64,000 nt of DNA, from contig JBBTSB010000003.1 in assembly GCA_038064915.1 (NCBI GenBank), positions 13,395 through 77,394 on the forward strand. Direction: 5' to 3'. The stretch comes from Patescibacteria group bacterium. GTDB taxonomy: Bacteria > Patescibacteriota > Minisyncoccia > 2-02-FULL-40-12 > IGHO2-01-FULL-4-A. Below the pieces are notes generated by a model. That model worked only from the letters and a program-made list of their open reading frames with translations. It made no database searches and was not told where the DNA came from. Shown here piece after piece: positions 58,030-64,000 of the stretch. The stretch's first letter is position 1, and the number at the start of each line of letters is the position of its first letter. The position numbers were made by a program, and so were the translations under genes.

Positions 58030-59806
58030 AGAATTCCAAAAAGTAGAAAACCTCAACCCCGCATTCCGCTGGCGAGATCTCCCCAAGGCTATTTGGTATC
58101 TTTTGCGTGAAGATCGAGGTAAATTTGTATGGGCTTCAATTGTTATTTTTATTATACAATTCCTTGATCTTTTACCTGCAATCCTGGGAGGAAAAATTGT
58201 AGATTTTTTTACTTCCTACACGCAGGGTGATTCTCTTACATTATTCTATATTTATGTTTTTGTTCTTGCCGGCGCATATACGTTTGCTGCGTTTGTTCGC
58301 ATACAAGCGAAGAAGGTTACTTCGCGCATAGGGCATAATTTGCGGGCCCGTGCTCGCGTATGGGGTTTTGAGCGACTGATGGAGTTTTCTCTCCAATGGC
58401 ACGCCAAAGAGAATATGGGGAATAAGATTCAGCGCATTTATACGGGTGGACAGGCGCTTAAAGATTTTATGTACCAGTACCAGAACAAAATTTTGCAGGC
58501 TGCTACCTATTTCATCGGATTTATCGGGGTCATGTTCTTTTTTAGTTATCAGCTGGCGATATTTCTTGCTGTATTCATCATAGTCATCATGACGATCGAA
58601 TTTACCTTCAATATCAAAATTGCAAAAATGGCTGATCAGTGGAACAAGCTTGATCAAACTTCGGGAGGTGTTTTCATAGAAGGTTCGGGAAATATACTTG
58701 CCATCAAATCACTGGGAACAGAAACGCAGATGCATGGACGTATTCGTGCAATGGAAGAGCGAACGAGAGATTTTGGCATTTCGAAATCACTTATGGGATT
58801 TCGCAAGTGGACTTATTTTCGGCTTTTTGATGGGCCCGCATATGGGCTGTTTTTGCTTCTCGTCGGATACAACGTCATTCAAGGCATGATCAGTGTCGGT
58901 ACGATTCTCATTTGTTTCACCTATTTCATCCGAATGCGTGAAATGCTTTGGGATATTTCAGATATGAATGAAAAAGTGGTTGACTACAAATCCGACATAG
59001 GAAATATGATGCCAATATTCTGGGAGGAGACACATGCTCCAACCGGTGATAAGCCCCTTCCCAACCAGTGGCGCGAAATTGCAATGCAAAACGCGAGTTT
59101 TGCCTATCCTTCAGGACAAGTTGGTCTCCATAAACTCAATTTGAAGATTGAGCGAGGAGGGAAGTTTGGCGTTGCTGGTTCTAGCGGTGGTGGCAAGTCA
59201 ACATTGGTCAAAATCCTACTTGGCTTATATCGAATACAAGGTGGCACGTTTTCAATTGGCAACGTAAATTTTTATGATATTTCTCATGAAGAGCTTATGA
59301 AGAATGTATCCGTCGTACTCCAGGAGAGCGAGCTTTTTAATATTTCACTCCGCGAAAACATCACGATGATGCGGGAAGAGGATCCGGAACTGTTGCAAAA
59401 AGCGATTGAGATTTCACAGCTCTCTGAAGTGATTGCAAAATTGCCAGAAGGTGTGAATACGCTTATCGGTGAGCGCGGGTATATGTTGTCTGGTGGCGAG
59501 CGTCAGCGACTGGGTATCGCCCGAGCGATCTACAAAAACTCAGAAGTGATGATTTTTGATGAAGCCACGTCATCACTCGATTCTGAAACCGAACGCAAGA
59601 TTATGGAGGGATTGCTCGGTGACTTTGGAAAGAGCAGAACGATGATCATCGTAGCGCATCGCCTTTCAACGCTTGCAAATACCTACCGGGTAGTGGTATT
59701 CGAAGAAGGTACGGTCGTAGAAGAGGGAACGTATCGAGAATTGCTTGGCAATGATGGATCTATGTTGGCTAAGTTGAGCAAGACACAACATGCCCAGCAA
59801 TCTTGA
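58019..59806 (+). CDS. ABC transporter, fused permease/ATP-binding exporter (type I)
   Basis: A 6-TM domain precedes Walker A 'GSSGGGKST', signature 'LSGGERQRL' and Walker B 'IFDEATS'. Confidence 0.85.
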   Translation: MARKEFQKVENLNPAFRWRDLPKAIWYLLREDRGKFVWASIVIFIIQFLDLLPAILGGKIVDFFTSYTQGDSLTLFYIYVFVLAGAYTFAAFVRIQAKKVTSRIGHNLRARARVWGFERLMEFSLQWHAKENMGNKIQRIYTGGQALKDFMYQYQNKILQAATYFIGFIGVMFFFSYQLAIFLAVFIIVIMTIEFTFNIKIAKMADQWNKLDQTSGGVFIEGSGNILAIKSLGTETQMHGRIRAMEERTRDFGISKSLMGFRKWTYFRLFDGPAYGLFLLLVGYNVIQGMISVGTILICFTYFIRMREMLWDISDMNEKVVDYKSDIGNMMPIFWEETHAPTGDKPLPNQWREIAMQNASFAYPSGQVGLHKLNLKIERGGKFGVAGSSGGGKSTLVKILLGLYRIQGGTFSIGNVNFYDISHEELMKNVSVVLQESELFNISLRENITMMREEDPELLQKAIEISQLSEVIAKLPEGVNTLIGERGYMLSGGERQRLGIARAIYKNSEVMIFDEATSSLDSETERKIMEGLLGDFGKSRTMIIVAHRLSTLANTYRVVVFEEGTVVEEGTYRELLGNDGSMLAKLSKTQHAQQS

Positions 59807-60449
59807 TATCCTTGCCAAGAAAATATACGAATATCACCAGCTTCATCATCAGCTCAAAAAGAGCGATTTGATATTGGTACCGACCAGCAATGATTTGCGT
59901 GTGGCCGAGTATGCGGCGAAGCTGTATCAGGAAGGCTGGGCGCCGAAGATTTTGTTCTCCGGGGATTGTCCGGCACGTGCTGATGATATAAGAATGACTC
60001 ATTGGGGAATGCCAGAGGCGGAAAAATTCAAAGAAGTAGCCGTAGCCAATGGAGTTCCTGAACGTGATATTATTGTAGAAAATAAATCAAGAAATTCAGG
60101 TGAGATTGTGCGGTTTTCCTATGCAATGCTCAAGGAGCTCAACATCATTCCGCATTCCGTCATTTTTGTTGAAAAACCGTTTATGCAACGCAGAGTATGG
60201 GCTATTTTCAAAAAACAATGGCCGGATCCTACGACCGAGGCCATAGTCACTTCGCCACCGATCGCGTACGAAGACTATCCCAATGCTGATATTGCAAAAG
60301 AAGATTTTATCAATGTCATGGTGGGCGACTTGCAAAGAATCATTGAATACCCCAAGCTGGGATATCAGATCGAACAGGAAGTTCCCGATTATGTCCGTGA
60401 AGCGTATCAGGAATTGGTGAAGATGGGATATACGAATTCTCTGATTTGA
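59790..60449 (+). CDS. DUF218 (YdcF/ElyC-like) domain protein
   Basis: 'LILVPTSND', 'ILFSGD' and 'ENKSRNSGE' match DUF218. Confidence 0.6.
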   Translation: MPSNLDILAKKIYEYHQLHHQLKKSDLILVPTSNDLRVAEYAAKLYQEGWAPKILFSGDCPARADDIRMTHWGMPEAEKFKEVAVANGVPERDIIVENKSRNSGEIVRFSYAMLKELNIIPHSVIFVEKPFMQRRVWAIFKKQWPDPTTEAIVTSPPIAYEDYPNADIAKEDFINVMVGDLQRIIEYPKLGYQIEQEVPDYVREAYQELVKMGYTNSLI

Positions 60450-60477
60450 ACGATCGTATAATCTAGAGAAGTAAAAC

Positions 60478-62154
60478 ATGGAAAATAAAGTTTGCAAAAA
60501 CTGCCAGCAAAACTTCCTCATCGAGCCAGATGACTTTACGTTTTATCAAAAGATTGATGTTCCGCCTCCCACGCTGTGCCCGGAATGTCGGTTCCAGCGG
60601 CGGCTGTTATTTCGCAACGAGCGGGACTACTACAAACGCAAATGCGATTTGTGCCAAGAGTCAATCGTGGCTGTGTATCCGCCCGAATTCCAGACCCCCG
60701 TCTACTGCGGTAAGTGTTGGTGGTCGGACAAGTGGGATCCGACAAGCTATGGGAAGGACTATGATCCTGGCCGTTCGTTTTTAGATCAATTCAAAGAGCT
60801 TTTCTATACCGTGCCCATGCTTGCGATGCAAAATGACAACGGCATCGGAAGCGTAAATTGCGAATACACCTACGATCTTGCATTTAGTAAAAACTGCTAT
60901 TTGGTGATGTGCGATTGGGAGACGGAAAACAGTATGTATTCCTTTCATACGTGCCAATGTAAAGATGTCGTCGATTCGTTTTATTCAAACGGCTGCAATT
61001 TTTCCTATGAGCTGGTTAACTCTGCAGACTGCTATGGTTCTTCATTTCTTACACAAAGCATCGCATGTAACAACTGCATTCTTGGCTATGATTTGCGTGG
61101 TTGCAGTGACTGCATTATGTGCGTAGGGCTTCGCAACAAAAAATATTGTATCCTCAATGAGCAATACACAAAAGAAGAATATGAAAAAAAACGAGCGGAG
61201 ATGCAGCTCGATCGGCGCGACAAACTTCACGAGTATCAAAAACAACTCGCGGAATTTGCGCTCAAGTTTCCACATCGCTTCGCACACGTTTTCAAATCTG
61301 TCGCTACGACCGGGGACAATCTTTGGAACTGTAAAGCCACCAAAGATTGTTTTTATTTCAAAGATCTTGAAAATTGTCGCTACATGGTGGTTGGGGATGG
61401 TGGGAAAGATACGTATGACTGTTCCAACACTGGGCATACAAACCTTTGCTATGAAGGCGTGACTCCGGATAATTCGTATCGCAATCTTGGTACGATATTT
61501 TGCTGGAAATGTACTCAAGCCGAATATTCAAACAATTGCCATGGATGCCAATATGCACTTGGCTGTTCCGGAGTGAAACATGGTGAGTACATGATTTTGA
61601 ATAAAAAGTACGACAAAAAATCCTTCGATAAGCTCAGGACGACCATCATCGCACAAATGCGCGCTGATGGTCAGTGGGGAGAGTTTTTTCCTGCGAGTAT
61701 GAGTCCGCATGCGTACAATGAATCTCCAGCGCAAGATTGGATCCCTTTGACAAAAGTGGAGGCTCTTGCAAAAGGATTTCGATGGAAAGACGTACAGAAA
61801 AAAGAATACAATATCACGATACCGGCCGTAGCTATTCCGCAAACTATTGTTTTGGTGACAGATGCGATCCAGAATGAAACGCTGGGTTGCAAAGACGAGG
61901 GGAACTGCACGCACAAGTGTACTACCGCATTTAAAATTACCTCACAAGAACTGGCCTTTTATCGGCGTATGAATCTCCCGCTTCCTGATCGTTGCCACAA
62001 CTGTCGCTATTACGAGCGCTTGAGCCGCCGCAATCCGGCAAAGTTGTATCATCGGAAATGCGCTCGCTGTGACAACGAATTCGAGACCACCTATTCCCCG
62101 GATCGACCGGAAGTGGTATTGTGCGAGGAATGTTATAATAGGGAAATCTTATGA
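60478..62154 (+). CDS. cysteine-rich multi-zinc-ribbon protein, uncharacterised (paralog 1)
   Basis: Seven or more CxxC pairs are present. The N-terminal 'CKNCQQ.F.IEPDDF.FY..I.VPPPT.CP.CR' and 'CWWSDKWD' blocks are shared with the gene at 63274. Confidence 0.5.
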   Translation: MENKVCKNCQQNFLIEPDDFTFYQKIDVPPPTLCPECRFQRRLLFRNERDYYKRKCDLCQESIVAVYPPEFQTPVYCGKCWWSDKWDPTSYGKDYDPGRSFLDQFKELFYTVPMLAMQNDNGIGSVNCEYTYDLAFSKNCYLVMCDWETENSMYSFHTCQCKDVVDSFYSNGCNFSYELVNSADCYGSSFLTQSIACNNCILGYDLRGCSDCIMCVGLRNKKYCILNEQYTKEEYEKKRAEMQLDRRDKLHEYQKQLAEFALKFPHRFAHVFKSVATTGDNLWNCKATKDCFYFKDLENCRYMVVGDGGKDTYDCSNTGHTNLCYEGVTPDNSYRNLGTIFCWKCTQAEYSNNCHGCQYALGCSGVKHGEYMILNKKYDKKSFDKLRTTIIAQMRADGQWGEFFPASMSPHAYNESPAQDWIPLTKVEALAKGFRWKDVQKKEYNITIPAVAIPQTIVLVTDAIQNETLGCKDEGNCTHKCTTAFKITSQELAFYRRMNLPLPDRCHNCRYYERLSRRNPAKLYHRKCARCDNEFETTYSPDRPEVVLCEECYNREIL

Positions 62155-62912
62155 GTAAAGAACGGCCAGAACCATCAGCGGAGGGTAAATTATGGAGGAG
62201 CAGATTAACGAGAAAAGACTACCGGCCTGAACGTGTTGCTGAAATTTCCGCAGATTATTTGAAAAGAATCTTTTCTTCTCCGGATTTTAACCGAACATTG
62301 AGTGAGACAATTCGGCTTTTTCAAGTTTCCGAGGGTAGCGAAGCGGGTTTTTCGATCTTGAAACATCCAGAATCTGATGAAACTTGGTATTCACGGCCCA
62401 TGTCAGCTAAGCCCGAAAATCCTGACGAGGTTGATATTCCCAAAACTCGATTGGCATTGGAGCGACGCATCGAGAGAGAACTTCGCATTATGCCTGCTGT
62501 TATTGGTAGTTTACATTTTCGTACTGATGCGGCCGAAGTACATGCACTGACTCCCTCGTCGCACAAAGAAGCGGATCTCGAGATTGCTTCTGACATGCGA
62601 AGAAGAAATATTAAAAAGCTTGGGTTCGATATCATTCCCGTTGAGGTGGTTCTCACGAGATCACTGGATGATAGAAAAGAATATTTTGTTATTGTGCATC
62701 GAGAGCCTGAGCATTTCCAAATCGGAAAAAAAAAGCACATGCTTCGTGAACTAGACACCACCATGACGTACACAAATGATCAGGAAGAAGTTTTACGTGT
62801 TCTCAAACATTATGGCTACGTGGCAACATTTTTTAAAACAAAAGAGCATCGATTTTCACCCGAAGATCTTGAGCGATTAAGCGATTTTGCGTATGTTCCG
62901 AAAAAAGTATAG
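62151..62912 (+). CDS. hypothetical protein
   Basis: The ORF is translationally coupled to the upstream gene. No motifs were recognised. Confidence 0.35.
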   Translation: MSKERPEPSAEGKLWRSRLTRKDYRPERVAEISADYLKRIFSSPDFNRTLSETIRLFQVSEGSEAGFSILKHPESDETWYSRPMSAKPENPDEVDIPKTRLALERRIERELRIMPAVIGSLHFRTDAAEVHALTPSSHKEADLEIASDMRRRNIKKLGFDIIPVEVVLTRSLDDRKEYFVIVHREPEHFQIGKKKHMLRELDTTMTYTNDQEEVLRVLKHYGYVATFFKTKEHRFSPEDLERLSDFAYVPKKV

Positions 62913-62915
62913 AGT

Positions 62916-63281
62916 GTGATTACCATGTCTGAAAAACCACCATCGCGGCGGTTATCGCCCGAAGAAGTCAAGCAGAAAATAGAGACGTTTCGGCAACGAG
63001 GCGATATAAAAAGGCCGCGTTCAAAAGAGGAGCGCGAGCGATTGTCGGCGAAGGCTAGAGTACGGGCAGCCGTGGTACGCTGTCAGGTAAGAAATTTTGA
63101 TGACTTGGACCTTCTACTGAAGATTTTTTCGAATGCCAGTACAGTCGGAACCTCTGGAATAAGTACATTAGAAACGGAACTTGTACAAGAACTACGAGAT
63201 GCTACAAACGCACTGGGAAATATGGAATTAAAAGACCGACTAGAGCGTTGGAAAGAAGAAAGAAAATTACAAAATGGATAA
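62916..63281 (+). CDS. hypothetical protein (charged, coiled-coil-like)
   Basis: The 121-aa ORF has a basic N-terminus. No motifs were recognised. Confidence 0.35.
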   Translation: MITMSEKPPSRRLSPEEVKQKIETFRQRGDIKRPRSKEERERLSAKARVRAAVVRCQVRNFDDLDLLLKIFSNASTVGTSGISTLETELVQELRDATNALGNMELKDRLERWKEERKLQNG

Positions 63282-64000
63282 CACACGTCAATGCAAAAAT
63301 TGTCAGCAGCAATTTACCATCGAGCCGGATGATTTTTCGTTTTATGAGCGCATCCAAGTCCCACCACCCACCTGGTGTCCGGATTGCCGTGTGATGCGAC
63401 GATATGCGTGGAGAAATGACAGGAACTTGTATCGCCGGCCGTGTGATTTGTGCGGCAAAAGCACAGTAGCGATGTATTCGACAAATAAGCCTTTCAAAGT
63501 CTATTGCCAAGGATGTTGGTGGAGCGACAAGTGGGATGCATCAGGATTTGGACGAGACTATGATCCCGGTCGGCCATTCTTTGAGCAGTTTAAAGAGTTG
63601 CAACGCATCGTCCCTCGCATCGCCATGCTTGGCAAAAATTCCGTGCGATCAGAGTACACCAACCATTCGTCCGACAACAAAGACTGTTTCATGGGCTCGT
63701 CCAACATGAGCTGTGAAAATGTATTGTACAGTGACTTTATGATCTCTTCGCGCGACTGCGTTGACTGTTCGACGATGTACACTAAGGGAGAGCGTTGCTA
63801 CCAATGCATAAATGTTGATAATAGCTATCAGTGTCAGTACTGTATTTTGATGGATAACTGCGCAAACTGTTTTTATTGCTATGACGTGCGAGGTTGTACT
63901 GATTGTTTCCTCTCGGTGAATTTACGTAATAAGAGTAACGTTTTTCTCAATCAACAACTTTCCAAAGAAGCATACCAAAAAAAGGTTTCGGAATTTAAAC
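63274..64000 (+). CDS. cysteine-rich multi-zinc-ribbon protein (paralog 2, 3' partial at window edge)
   Basis: 'MDNTRQCKNCQQQFTIEPDDFSFYERIQVPPPTWCPDCR...CQGCWWSDKWD' is collinear with 60478..62154. The ORF is open to the end of the window. Confidence 0.5.
   Translation, partial: MDNTRQCKNCQQQFTIEPDDFSFYERIQVPPPTWCPDCRVMRRYAWRNDRNLYRRPCDLCGKSTVAMYSTNKPFKVYCQGCWWSDKWDASGFGRDYDPGRPFFEQFKELQRIVPRIAMLGKNSVRSEYTNHSSDNKDCFMGSSNMSCENVLYSDFMISSRDCVDCSTMYTKGERCYQCINVDNSYQCQYCILMDNCANCFYCYDVRGCTDCFLSVNLRNKSNVFLNQQLSKEAYQKKVSEFK

Overview
This 64 kb window looks like a low-GC (about 42-48%) bacterial chromosome segment with a Patescibacteria/CPR-like feel and a standard genetic code. Genes are small and tightly packed, many start codons are overlapped or preceded by a leaderless -10 element, and several genes are split or compact (split transketolase, short SecD/SecF, DsbA-VKOR pair). 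I found no rRNA, tRNA, CRISPR array, transposase or integrase.

The window divides into these blocks:
- **1-7018:** an eight-gene plus-strand operon with overlapping starts and stops (split transketolase, aldo/keto reductase, TylF-like O-methyltransferase, DmpF acetaldehyde dehydrogenase, DmpG aldolase, GmhA-like sugar-phosphate isomerase), closed by a convergent PLP aminotransferase.
- **~9-36 kb:** a large glycan-biosynthesis locus.
  - Nucleotide-sugar genes: GDP-mannose dehydratase, GDP-fucose synthase, RfbA/B/C, two FdtA-like ketoisomerases, UDP-GlcA decarboxylase, GHMP kinase.
  - Glycosyltransferase and transport genes: GT1/GT2 glycosyltransferases, a WbaP-like priming transferase, an O-antigen-ligase/TPR protein, an MsbA-like exporter, and methyltransferases.
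- **36-51 kb:** housekeeping genes (hpf, secA, dsbA-vkor, cls, FKBP, MacB-like ABC transporter, DEAD-box helicase, cspA, RecB-family nuclease, secDF).
- **52-64 kb:** poorly characterised genes.
  - A tandem pair of paralogous membrane-anchored proteins with an ABC-2 exporter.
  - A soluble TraD/VirD4-like ATPase.
  - Two paralogous multi-zinc-ribbon cysteine-rich proteins.

Several features are not explained by ordinary gene content:
- Five compact GC-rich (about 58-67%) islands are embedded in the low-GC backbone, two of them ending in a duplicated terminator.
- Two small cassettes are flanked by imperfect inverted repeats built from short A/T words.
- Three genes are disrupted: an in-frame TAG in a NUDIX gene, a frameshift in a GT1 gene, and a displaced start in an FAD oxidoreductase.
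- A conserved 'TTTTTATGCTA' extended -10 element recurs, fused to terminator T-tracts.

All functional calls come from motif and family recognition by eye. No searches or computations were run.
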